From positions 15,190,142-15,254,141 of the forward strand of contig CAJINV010000001.1 of the NCBI GenBank assembly GCA_905178155.1: a stretch of DNA of 64,000 bases. Reading direction: 5' to 3'. Of this stretch, positions 1 to 12,200 are shown in pieces. Position numbers and translations under genes: made by a program. The DNA comes from Amoebophrya sp. A120 (Eukaryota > Protista > Dinoflagellata). A model generated the notes under the pieces. The model worked only from the letters and a program-made list of their open reading frames with translations, ran no database searches and was not told the DNA's origin. How positions within the stretch are numbered: the first letter of the stretch is position 1; each line of letters opens with the position of its first letter.

Positions 1-715
1 GCTCAACCATCCTCCTCATATGAACGAGTTTTACGCTGATTGATAGTGAGTCCTCTTGGCACGTCAACCTGTTTCGCCGCATATGCAGCGTCACGCCTTA
101 AGGTTAATACTGTCCCACAACGAAAGATCCCGAATGGTACTCATTCAGTATGTTCTTCTAGTAGTGCAGATCGAAGCTATGTGCTGTTTTTGTCTTGGCT
201 TTTCCTTGGCATCATAGCAATGCAAGGCACGTAAGAAGCCAAATCCATAGCAGTTCCAGACAGGTTAAAATTTTTAGAATTTCAGGCTAAGCCAGTTCAG
301 TTGTTTTTAGATGCTCTTTCTCAACACATGAGCAAAGAAGAATGTTGTCGCGTGCGTGACTCGATCTTTGGGCTTATCCGTTGGATCAATACAAAATGCC
401 ACTGACACCGAATGTGGCCTGCGCTCCGAGGTGAATGATCCACCTTCGTCTTACATACAAGTTGATCTCGTGACAGCGACCACCCGACGCTTTCTCTAAG
501 TATGTAGATAGTGTCTAGATCACGCTTGATTTGCGTTTTTTATTTTTTTTTTCGCGATCATTTAGGTTTTGCTTTTGCTTATCTTTGCCCTCCGAAAGAG
601 CGGAATCAAAGTCAGTGCGAATATGAATATCCAAGATGGACGAATCCTGTCTTCAGTATTGGAGTGCGTTATGACAGAGCGCTGAGTCCTCGTCCCGCAC
701 CGATTCCGAAGCGCC

Positions 716-3195
716 ATGAAGCGGTCGCGGGAGCGAACGCGGCGACGGGCGCCCGACGGCAGCCTTTTTCGCTTCGACAGTCCACCCCGGGATGCGCAAG
801 GAAATCTGATAAGCAGCACGAGCGGCGGCAAACAGCCGTTCCCCTTCAATATCTGGCAAGTCCGTCCAGAGCCGATCGTGACAAACTTCTCGAAACTGAA
901 GAACGTGATTGCCGCGGACAGTTCGCTTTCTCTCGCGGTGGATTATCCTGATTAAAAGCGTCCCCACACCAGAGTCAAGATGGGGATTTTGCAACACAAA
1001 CCTAGGAGTTTTGGGAGTCACGCATGACAAGTTTCAGTCCGTAAGGTAGTGCAAGTTAGCAAGGAAAGCCGCATCACAAATCGACCTGCTAATCCTGTTT
1101 ACAGCATTACAAGTTCCCAAACAGGATTGAAAATGCCTGTCATGGGGTTGCGCATCACAAATGTTCCTGTCATGGCAAATCTGCATGACAACTCTGGGGT
1201 GGGGACGTTTTTACACAGGATATGGATTGCCAGATGGCGATGTCGGAGCTGTACGTCGGAAATCTGCCGCCCGGAATAACCCCCGATATCAAATGTAAAA
1301 ATGTCTGGGTCTGGAAGAATGCAACTTGTGATGCTAGTTTCGATGTCTAAAAAATTTGTGTTGCATGAGCAGGAAAAGGAGTCTAATTTTTGCTACGCGG
1401 AGAGGGCATTTGTCATACGGAATGGGCATCAAGAATCCCCCAAAAAACCTGTGATGCTAGGGCATGCATTACAGGCATCATGGGTCATGAGATGACAAAT
1501 TTTGCATTCTTCCAGACCCAGACATTTTTGCATTTGATACCCGAGCAGTTAAAGCAATTCATAAACCGCTGCGCGGCGGTGCTCGGGATTGGACCGCAAG
1601 CGGGACTAGTGACCGCTAGCAACTACGAAGACACGTCAGACGAGAGCGGGGAGAGCGAAGGGGAAGATGGGCAACCGGCGAAACAATTTGCATTCGGGTT
1701 CTCCTCCTCCAATGGGCGCAGCAGCAAGCAGACGAAGACGCCGACGGGCGTCGTCGCATCCGTGGCGATGGCGTCGAAGGACCGAAATTTTGCGTGGGTG
1801 ACCTTCAGGAAGGACAGGTACGCACTTTTGTCTCTGCAAATGAGCGGCATTTATTTGTGCGGTAAGAAGCTAAGGTTCGGTCGGACCTACGCACAAATTC
1901 GTTTACGTGAAACAAAAAACTCCCTGCCCCACGACCATGCTGCACTTTGCGGACACTTTGCTTCGCATCTTTTGCAAAATACTGAAATCAAATGGGACAA
2001 AATTTGTACTTAACCTGCTTGGGGCAACCACATTTTGCCACGCTTGCATGCAACATTGGATCACCAAGCACGAGCAGGAATAAAGCACTGGCTGTACTAG
2101 CACTATTATCCGCAAAAGAGTTGTGCAAGTGAAGGGAAAACAAAGTGCCGATTTTTCGTATCTACATCCCAATGAGGCGGAAGACCGCGGTCTGCTGGTC
2201 GAGGAACTGAAGGCTATTCAGGTGGACCAGGCAAACGTTACCGTGGGCGCCATGCAGCAGCAGAACGCGCAGCAGGCGGCCCTGGCGCAACAGCAGTTGC
2301 AACAGCAACCCTACAACGCGGCGGCGATGCTGCCGAGTGGTTCGACGCAGATGAACTTGGGGATTCTGCAGGATCAGAAGTACTGCCTGCACAACATCCC
2401 GTCCAGCGTGGAGGAGGAAAAGATCTCGCAGCTGCTCCGTACCTTTGGCCCGCTGAAGTATTTCCAGGTGGTCAAGCTGGACGGACAAAGCATCAAAGCG
2501 GCGTTTTTCGAATTTTCCGACTACTTCACGCAGAAGAACGCGCCCGTGACGCTGCAAGGGCTCACGATGGCGGGGAATAAGCTGCAAATTATCACCCCGG
2601 AGGAGGCGTTTCAGGTCGGGTTCGGCCGCGGGAAAGTGTCCATCGGGGATAGGGTCATCCCCTCGAAAATCCTCTACATTGGGAGTTTCATTTCGGAGCA
2701 AGAACTCTGCAACGACGAGGAGTACGACGAAATTTGTGCGGATATCAGGGACGAATGTGCCACCTATGGTAACTATTGTTGTTTTTGATCAGAGGATTCT
2801 TGGTTTTTTGTGATTTCATTTCCATTCCCACCACCGCTCCACCAGTATAGTTTATTTCTTACATGCTGCCGAAGAAATCATTTGAAAAAATATTTTGCCT
2901 TTCAGGTAGAGTCATTGACATGGTTGTTCCGCGTCCTCACGACGACACCATCACGGACGCGGACAGGCTCCGCGGTGTGGGGTATGGTTTTATCGAATTT
3001 GCCGACGTGGTGTCGTCCAGTAAGGCAAAACGCGACTTCGACGGGCGAAAATTCGGGGACTTCACGATGGAAGCGAATTTTTTCAACGTGAAATTGTGGC
3101 AAGATCGGGACTTCAAGTCTGTGAAACCCAACACGGAGGCGGAGCCGGTAATACACGCGAATGAGGAGGAAATGGACATTTCTTCAAGTGGGTGA
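716..3195 (+). CDS. U2AF2: U2AF large subunit (U2AF65)-like splicing factor, multi-exon, with two introners
   Basis: Removing elements 944-1222 and 1287-1539 (plus one DR each) gives VDCQMAMSELYVGNLPPGITPEQLKQFIN (RRM1 RNP2), then NFAWVTF. RRM2: YCLHNIP...AFFEF. C-terminal UHM-type RRM: PSKILYI...EYDEICADIRDEC..YGRVIDMVVPRP...GVGYGFIEF...FDGRKFG. The intron at about 1900-2120 is unresolved. Confidence 0.8.
944..1222. mobile_element. Introner family A, copy 1 (279 bp, DR TGGAT)
   Basis: About 32-bp TIR TATCCTGATTAAAAGCGTCCCCACACCAGAGT / ACTCTGGGGTGGGGACGTTTTTACACAGGATA; DR at 939-943 and 1223-1227; close paralogue at 13746-14024; excision restores V-D-C-Q. Confidence 0.93.
1287..1539. mobile_element. 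Introner family B (253 bp, DR CCCGA)
   Basis: 38-bp TIR TATCAAATGTAAAAATGTCTGGGTCTGGAAGAATGCAA with one mismatch; DR 1282-1286 and 1540-1544; excision restores T-P-E-Q-L. Confidence 0.95.
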
Positions 3196-4026
3196 CGACG
3201 AGTCATCATCTACTCTTCATCTATCTTCGGAAGATGAACAGAAGGAACCATGATTTTTCCCAACCCGTATTCAAACATTCTTCCAATTAACAGCGACTGG
3301 CGATACTAGATTGATGACAACACAAACTCTTGCGACCACTTCTTGAGAAATGGCTCCTGGTACTGCTCGCGCAAGTGCGAAGTGAAGTATCAGCGTGATC
3401 CGACTCCAAGCCGCACTGGTGCGCCTGCCTGCCTTTTCACATTGCGTGTTCCTGTTTTCATCTATGAATGTCACAACTGGCCAGCACAAGAAGGACCTAC
3501 TCTTGTGGATGTTCCAAAACTCCGCTTCTTTCTGGTCTTGGCGCTATTACTGCAACAGCAGAAGAACGATCACATCAATAGACACCTAAAACGAATTTGA
3601 AGAAAACGCTACGAACGGAACAAGATCATATCATAGATAGAAGGGGCAGCTCGAAAAAGTACAACAAGGAGCGCCCATTACTCCTACCTCCTACTGTATC
3701 TTCTTTTCTACTAAGTAACAACGAACTCTTTAATATGTTGCTTTGCTTTTTTTCGCAGCAGGGCCGGCTACACCAGAAAGACACTTTACAACAGTTTCCT
3801 ATGTATAGAAAATAACCAAAGTCATCTCCTTTTCCTGTTTTACCTAAGTGAAGAAGGCGTTTGCTCTTTCTCTATTCCACAAAGATGGGCGGCACGACCA
3901 GACGACCACAGCTCTGAAAAATAACAGCACAATAACGCGAAGAAGTACCACGACGACGTTTTCTACTTCACACCTCGATTGCAGGTGGTACCACCTCCCC
4001 CCCACCCCAAACTCCGACGACCCACT

Positions 4027-7000
4027 ATGTCGAACGACAGCAAGAAGCCGGGGCCCACCAGCGGCACTAGCGGTGCGGCATCTTCTACCGCCGGAGCGAC
4101 GAGAAAGGAGGACCCCAGTAACAAGAGCAAGAAGGATTTGAAAAAGGAAGCGCTGAATGAGGAGGATCAGAAGCTCAAGGACGAGCTGGAGCTCCTCGTC
4201 CAGCGAGCGACAGAGAAGCACGACGTGAAGATCATAAAGGCCAGTTTGGACAATGTCAGCGAGAAGCTCAAAACCGCGTCGTCAACAATGACCAGCGTGC
4301 CCAAGCCGCTCAAGTTTCTGCGACCACACTACGAAACGCTGCAGAAATTCTACGAAGCGGAGAAAACAAAGTTCCTCGCCAAGGACGACGTAACCTGCAG
4401 GCTGTACGCAGACGTGTTAAGCGTCCTAGCCGCGGTGAAGTCCCCACCAAAAAGAAAAGCGGACGTGAAGAAACAAGAGGAAGAGGCCGCAAAGAAGGCT
4501 GCGGAGGAGGAAGGTACGATTGTCGCGATTACATTGCAGTGAATTATTTGTTTCAATTTTTCTTGCTAGCGTTTATATCGCTGTGGACGTGATGAAAGCG
4601 GATGTTACTGTTAGTAAGTACCTGTATCAAGGAGGATCGCAAGAAATCCAAACCACTTACAAATTTCAGCTAAGAAGCAAGCAGAGGCATCGGGCGAGAA
4701 AAAGAAGGACGAAGAAAAAAAGGAGGAGGAGCAGCCTACAGAAAAGAAAGAAGAGGTCTTCGTTGAAGAACTGGATCCCTACAAGGCGAACCGGTCAAGG
4801 GAGTGCCTCAGGTGCGGAGCAAAAACTTTTTGTTTTGCTAGCTTGACAGGCCGATGATCTCGATGTGGAACGATGAGACTCAGTTTTGCTAGGGTGCCGA
4901 TTTCATCTTTGCTTGGCTCGTAAACAAAGGTGCTGTTTTTAGTTAGTAGCGAGTGTGTAAGAGGTCTTATCAAAACAGGTATCGGCTAGAAGGTACTAAG
5001 GGCGACACATTCGTAACCTGGGGCCACGAGTACGTCCGACACTTGGCGGGTGAAGTCATTTACTGCTACCACGCCATTAACGAAGGCGACGACGATGCAA
5101 TGGAAATCGAGGGTGAAGGTACTTGTTTCTCATGTCTACCAATGCAAAAACAAACCTCGAGGGCGTCGATTTTGAAATATGCCTGTTTCCATCGAATCCA
5201 CCGCTTTATCGTATGCGAACGAACTAAACAGACACGCCCGAGCCTTCCTACAAGCCGGACGTGAAAGAGCTGCTGAACCTTGTGAGCGTGATCGTGCCCT
5301 TCCAAATCAAGCACAACGAGGAGACCACGGCCATAGACATGCTGTTGGAGGTTGAGCAGATAAAAATGCTCCCGGACTTGTTGGATGCGTCCACCGTGAA
5401 TCGTGTTTGCCTGTACCTGATGCAGACCGCGGTGTACGCCGGTCAGGCGGAAGAGACGCTGGCTTTGCAGAAGCTCGTGTACGACATCAACCTGAAATTC
5501 AAGCGGTACACCGAGGCGCAGCGGGTGGCGTTGAAGATGAAAGACCACGAGCTACTGGTGAAAGTGTTCGCCGACTGCGAATCCCTCACCACGAAGATTC
5601 AGATGGGATACGTGCTGCGACAACACCGATACCACTACGTAGAGGAGGACTGGGACGAGAAAATTATCGAAGCCGCAACGGGCGAGAACTGGATGAAAAA
5701 ATACTACAAGCACATCGGGAAAGAGCTGGATGTAATTTTACATTGTTGTATGTGCACACCTTACTCTGTTGTGACTAGGTTCTTTTTCTTAATCTCGAAT
5801 CAAAGGGAGTAAAAGTCATCGAAAAAGAACACAAAAACAGGTGCTGGAACCCAAGCTTCCGGAGGATATCTACAAGAGCCATTTGGAAGAAAAAAAGCAG
5901 CAAGTAGTGCTGGACAGCGCAAAGCAGAACCTCGCTTCAACCTACGTGAATGCGTTTGTCAACGCTGGGTTCGGCAAAGATAAGCTTATGACCGTGGGGG
6001 AAGTCTGGCTGTATAAAAACAAGGTACAGGAGATGTCCTCTAATCCGAAAAATGCAGTGCCAACTAGCTACATTTTCTGCGGCGTGAGTACTCATCTGTC
6101 GTCCATATGGTATTTCTCAAATGCCACGCTATCGCAAAGAAACTGAAATAAACAGGAACACGGTATGATGGCCGCCGCCGCTTCGAGATGTCTGATTTCG
6201 CTCTGGGACACCGAAGTCTTGGATGAGGTCGACAAGTACCAGTACGCGTCCGAAGAATACATCAAAGCGGGTTACTGCCTTTCCCTGGGGATCGCGATGT
6301 CCAATGTCAAGAGTGAGACGGATCCCGTCTGGGCTCTGCTCCAGGACACTGTCGAATCGTATTTCATTTCTTAGTACACTTCATAGATAGATGTAGAAGA
6401 CGAGAGACCCGCCGACGCACTTGTATAAATGTTCATGGGATTTTGCTTTTGCCTCGCATGTGGTCAGCATGGATGAAAGGTGCAAATTTCCGTACACGAC
6501 AAACCCAAATTCTCAGGGGCGGGCAGAAGGAGAAGATAGCAGCCATTATGAGTTTGGGTTTCGCTTACGCATCAACAAAGCACGAGGAGATAGTGGAAAA
6601 CCTCACGCCGCTTATCGTAGACGTGGACGCATCGATGGAGTATTTTTTTGATCATTTGCGACTTTATTCACTTTGTGTGCTAGTCCGAAGATTTTGGCTG
6701 GTGCAGAATGGGAGTCCGTCATTGGCTCTTAATCGTCAAGGATGAATAGAATAGAGGTTTATTCCACAATATTCCAGGCTCTCTGCAGTGTGCGCCCTCT
6801 CTGTCGGGATGGTCATGATGGGCAGCGGCGACGCTGACATTTGCGGCGCCATCGTTGCAGCGCTTGAGGAGCGGATGAAGTTGACCGGCGCTTTGGACAG
6901 TTCCGTGGCCACCCTTTTCCCCATGGCCCTGGGCTTGATCATGGTTGGCGTCGGCGAAGGAACAGAAGAGTTCAAGCTCGAGGCGCTGGTATCGGATTTT

Positions 7001-8584
7001 GGAATTTACTTATTTGAAAAGCATGAACAAAAGCAAAACCAGGTAGAGGTACCACTTAAGTAGTAAGTACCTACTTACCTGGAAGATTTTTCTTTTTTCG
7101 TCCGTGCGAATGCTCTACCTCTATCCAAAGCATGATTGTTTGTCACCAAAAACAACGACAGATGGAGATGCTGAAGCAGATCAGCCACCCGCTCGGCGCT
7201 TTCGCGGCCAACCTCATCACGGGGTTCGCCTACGCCGGCAGCGGGGACGTGCTGCAGGTGCAAAAGATGATGCAGGTGTGCGGGGACCACAACAAACACA
7301 GCAAGGACGAGAAGGAGGAGGAAAAAAAGGAAGAAGGCGCGGCCGAGGGGGAGAGCGCAAAATCCACCTCCCCCGCCGGCGGCGCCGCACTGCTGTCCAT
7401 TGCGGCGATTGCGTTTTCCGACGACTTAAGCCGGGAGATGTGCATGCGGATGGTCGAGCACATCCTCCAGTACGGAAACTTGCAGCTGCGGCGAACAGTG
7501 CCATTGGCGATCGGCCTGTTGTTCGTGTCCAACGCAAAGCAAGCGGCAATAGACCTGCTCAGTATATTATTTTTGTGTGTCAGTGAAGATGTCCATCAAT
7601 TTATATTCTTGTTGACCCCGGCTCCTCTGGTAGGCAAGTCAGTGGAGTTAGTCCTCAGTTTCTGTACGAAAGTTTTTTGCCGTGCTTTCCAGTGCTGTTC
7701 AGCGTCTCGACCGCCTTCATAGTCAATCTTTTCCCATAACCATATTTCAGGTAAGCTCTCCCACGACGCAGACGTAGAAGTAGCTTCCGCGGCGATTTTC
7801 GGCATGGGTATCATGGGCGCTGGCACGAACCACGCGAAAATTGCCGGTTTGCTCCGACAACTTGCTGCGTACTACGCAAAGGACGCCAACGTGCTCTTTG
7901 TCGTCCGTATCGCACAGGGGTTACTCTACCTCGGCAAGGGGTTGCTCACACTCACTCCTGTGCACAGCGACAGGTTACTCGTGAACAATGTGGGCATGGG
8001 CGCTTTGCTCACCCTGATGACCGTCATGCTCAACTCCAACACACTTCTGTTCACCCACCACATGCACTGGCTCCTGTACAACTTTCTATCGATTTTCAAA
8101 TATCTTACGTCGATGCTTTCACATCGTTTTCATTTATCCTTGCCCAAGACTGAGTTCTCCTTCTCATGTCCTTATTTGTTGTGGTGGTAAGGCCGCTGCG
8201 GCAATGTACTTAGTTTCTCTTTCTCCTGTGGCACAACAAGATTTTTTTCAGCTAAGGACAACTGCATGGCGTAAATCTCACAAAAATGTTCATCACAGCT
8301 ACATGATTGTGCCAAGTTTGGCTACCCGCATGCTGATATGTGTCGACGAAGAGGGGGAGCCGGTCCCCGTCACCGTGCGGGTTGGGCAGGCTGTGGATAC
8401 CGTTGGACAGGTGGGGAATCCGAAGTCCATCACCGGGTTCCAGACGCACACCACTCCGGTCCTTATGGGCGCCGGCGACCGAGCTGAACTCGCAACGGAC
8501 GAGTTTTTGGCGGAAACAAACGTGTTGGATGGTGTCGTAGTGGTCCGGAAGAATCCCGACTACAAAAAGGAGACTGCGGCATAA
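4027..8584 (+). CDS. RPN1: 26S proteasome non-ATPase regulatory subunit RPN1/PSMD2, about 11 exons with GT-AG introns
   Basis: Hallmark motifs EEDQKLKDELELLVQR, SSTMTSVPKPLKFLRPHY, WGHEYVRHLAGE, DSAKQNLASTYVNAFVNAGFGKDKLM, GAGTNHAKIAGLLRQLAAYY, VRVGQAVDTVGQVGNPKSITGFQTHTTPVL. Confidence 0.96.
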
Positions 8585-9296
8585 AGTCTGATATTTTTTG
8601 ACATCATGAAAAATATACAGACTGAATCAGCGACTGATGAAAACTTCTCCTTTCCTCCCCAGAACATCCGGAGGTAGTAGTAGATTTTTTCAACATTTTT
8701 TCTTCATAAGCTTACGAATGTGGCATACAAGTAGGATCATGTTGCCCATGGATAAGATGAATAGTTGATAGAGGCTTCTATCTATAGCGACGTATGAGTT
8801 TGGTTTGTAGTGCTTGTTCTGGGGGTAAGCAGCTCAGGATTGGAGATTTGTGTAGAAGTATAGGGATGATCTTCAACGGCGACTACTTCAGAAACTAGAA
8901 CACAACTTACTAGCTACTTCTCAACGTCGGCATCCTAGTCGATGTTGGTCAACACTCCCGGATGCATGCAGACGTTGTTCGACAGGTGTTCTAGTAGTGA
9001 GGGTCGGTAGTATATTCCGGTGAATTCAAAGTATCGTCTGGTCTGCGTCTTGATTTTTCGTTCACGAATGTAGTTCTCGTGTTTTGCTACCGCTTTAGTT
9101 ACACGGAGTTTTATTAGGTGATGGAGTTATCTTTCTGTTTTAGTACTGTTTCTCGCTCTGTGTCTACAAATCCTCCTGTCGCTCTGTCGTGTTTTGCGCC
9201 TAAAAACTAACGCAGCATTCGAAGTCGTAGGCACGCGATTAAGTGAAATCGTTGAAACAGTACAATGATGTCGCGCGGCGCGTAGAAGTCAGAAGA

Positions 9297-12200
9297 ATGT
9301 CGACAGTCGAAGAGCGCATCAAGGTGTTGCCCCGGGACAAATTGGAGAATTTGTTCCACAAGAGTTTGGAAAAATGCCGGACGGTGGAGGGGCAAGCTCA
9401 AGCGTTACAGCAGGAGCAGGCGGTTGTAAAAAAGGAACAAGAAGTTACACAACCTAGTGAAAAGGAAGACAACACACAGCCGGATGTTCAACAAAAGAAC
9501 GACGTAGATGACGACACAGCAGGGGCGGAAAACAAGGAGGCGCAGGAGCAAGAGAGGATACACGCGGAGCAAGTGGCGGAGTTACAGAAGAAACAAAATT
9601 CCGACTTGGAAGACCAGCGAGCGAACTGCGAACGAGAATGCGCGTCGTTGCAAGCCTATCAAATGTGAAAGTGTCTGGGTCTGGAAGAAAGCAACTTGTC
9701 ATGCTGATTTTGGATTCTAAAAACATTTGTATTGGATGAGCAGCAAAGAGAGTCCAAGTTTTGCTACACGGAAAGAGCGTTTGTCATGCGGTATAGGCAT
9801 CAGGAAGCCCTCACAAAATCTGTGATGCTAGAGCATGCATCACAGACATTAGGAGTCATGCAAAATGTGCATGACAAGCCTGGCAATCTTCCAGACCCAG
9901 ACATTTTTACATTTGATAAAGCCTCTCTGGACGAAGTGCGGGGCCGACTGGTGGCTTCGGAGGAGGATTCAGAAGTTGTAGACGAGGGGGGAAGCAGTGC
10001 AGTTGTACTACCAGTGGACGAGGCGGCGCTCAGCGAGGCTCTTGCGTCGCAGGAACACGAGGACTTGCGAAAACGTCTTGCGACCACGCGAGAAGGAATC
10101 GTCGCAGAGAAACGAAAGGCGCAGGACGAACGCGCACGAAGAAAAGCAAGCGTCGAGGAGCAGCTGCGGGTTCGTGCACAGGAGGCAGAAAGGGAGCGCG
10201 CGCAGAAAAATGCCGTACTACGTGCAGCATCAGACGAGCGAGTACTACGTGAAAGGCAAGATGCGGAGGAGCGCGTCGCATTGGTAGACAAAGAGATACA
10301 GAAACTGAAAACAGCTGTAGAAGACACACAAGAAGATCTCCGCGCTGCAGCAGAAAAGGAAAACCAACTACAGGCTGAAGTTGCAGCAGCCGTGGCGGAA
10401 ACTTCACATCAAGCGAGCGACGAACCTCCTGCGCAGCAGCCAACGCCGCCAGCAGACAGTAACACTGCAGAAGACTGCTCAACCGCATCGAAAAGTGAAG
10501 AGATAGACGCACTGGAAAAACAGCAAGTGGATTTGGAAAACCGAATACAAGCGCTCAAGGCCGACCAGGCACAGAAGGAGGAGGAACTAAACGCGCGGAT
10601 ACGAGATGCGAGGCAAAAAGTGTCGCTCCTGGACGAGCACGCGGCGAAGAGGAAAACACTTGCAGGGGCTGCAAACTTGCGGCGGGAGCTGGAGACGAGA
10701 AGAAACTACTTGACGGAGCTGGAAAAGAATCTTGCGGATTTGTACTCAAACAGCACAAAGTTCGAAGCGGAGCAGACGCAAGTAGTCAAGCAAGAAATAG
10801 CAACGCTAACGAGCGATTGGAAGGGTCTGCTGACAAGTTCAGGTAGTGAGTAAGGTTCAGCCTCGTTTTTGCGTGCCTATCGTGAGGTTGGTTTTTCCTT
10901 CTTTTGAATAAACGTGAAATTGGCATGAAATATTTGAAAATCCAGATTCCTTCTCCGCTGCCACAACCGGGAGACTTACAAACAACGCCGAGTGGATGGG
11001 TGCTTTGTCCTCCGCAGCGAGTAGCGCTTTCCAAAGGATACTGGAAGACAAACGGGAGCGGGTACGCGCGCTCGGGAACACGAACAAAGTCCTGCAGGCG
11101 CAACTGCAGGAGACAAAAGCGGAGGGGAAAGCGGTGGTGAGCGAGTTTTCGGAGAGCCGGAAAGACACGGCGCAGAATGCGCTGGACGAGCTGGAAAAAC
11201 TGCAGAAGGAGGTGGAGGACCTGAAGAGAACCAAAAAGAAAGATGTGGAGTTCACGCAAAAGGAGCAGGAGAAGCTGCAGAAGTACGAAAAAGTGATCCA
11301 GCAAGCGGACGCCAAGCTGAAGGTGAACCAGAAAAAGTGCAGTGCGCTGAAGGAACAACTCCAGAAGCAACAAGAGGAGCACGTGGCGGCGCAAATGGAG
11401 CTCGACCGCGCGAAGCACGCGGGACAGGAGCTGGACTTCGATCACGAGGAAGTGCTGGCCTGCGTCGAAGTGCCTGTGCGGGGGACAGCAGCTAGTGCCT
11501 CATCTACGTCGAGTAGTACTACAAGACCGAAAACGCCGACTGGGTCCGTGGGAGTTCTTACGAAAAACCCGGCGAAAAATTCAACATCGAAAAATCTTCA
11601 GCCAGATTCTGAAATCTGGTGTCTGCTGAAACACCAAAGCAAAAATCTCGACAAGACCAGCACGGCCAAGGACCTCGCCTACAAGCAAAGCAAATGTTGG
11701 TGGCGACTGCAGCAGCTCGAGGAACTGCTCCCGAAAGCCACCAGCACGACGTTCCCCGTGCCCTTGCAAACCCAGTACCGCCAGTTGCTGGAGAAGCAGG
11801 AGCAGCGAGTTTTGCAAGTGACGGAAGTAAGAAAGGAGCGAGAGAAGTGTCTCGAGAATCTCCGTGCGGAGTACCAAAAGTACAAAAAGAAAGCGGACAC
11901 CGTGGCAAAACTGCAACAGCAACAAACGTCCTCGTTCTCTTCATCTTCGGATGGAGCAGGGGGTACATGCACTTCCGAGCAGAGTCTCAAACCCGAGGAG
12001 AGCATGGCCAAGGGGTTGGAGAAGCTACAAAGTGATAACGCGGAACTGCGTTCGCACATCGCCGCGGTGAGCAAGGAAATTCGGGAATTGCAGCAAGGCA
12101 ACACGCTGCACCACCAAACTGTGGGAAAAATCCGCACGGAAATTCTTCGGATTTGTGACTCCCTGGCCCAGAAGTCCACGCAGCAGACCAGCTTCGAGAA

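Noticed and set aside
40-300. Minus-strand GTAM...FRWD fragment reminiscent of a Penelope-type RT
   Set aside because: Too short and interrupted by stops; not distinguishable from chance.
944-1539. Reading the interrupted genes as transposon-inactivated pseudogenes
   Set aside because: Flanking exons are intact with no extra lesions, and the frame is restored exactly in all 12 cases; final proof needs RNA data.
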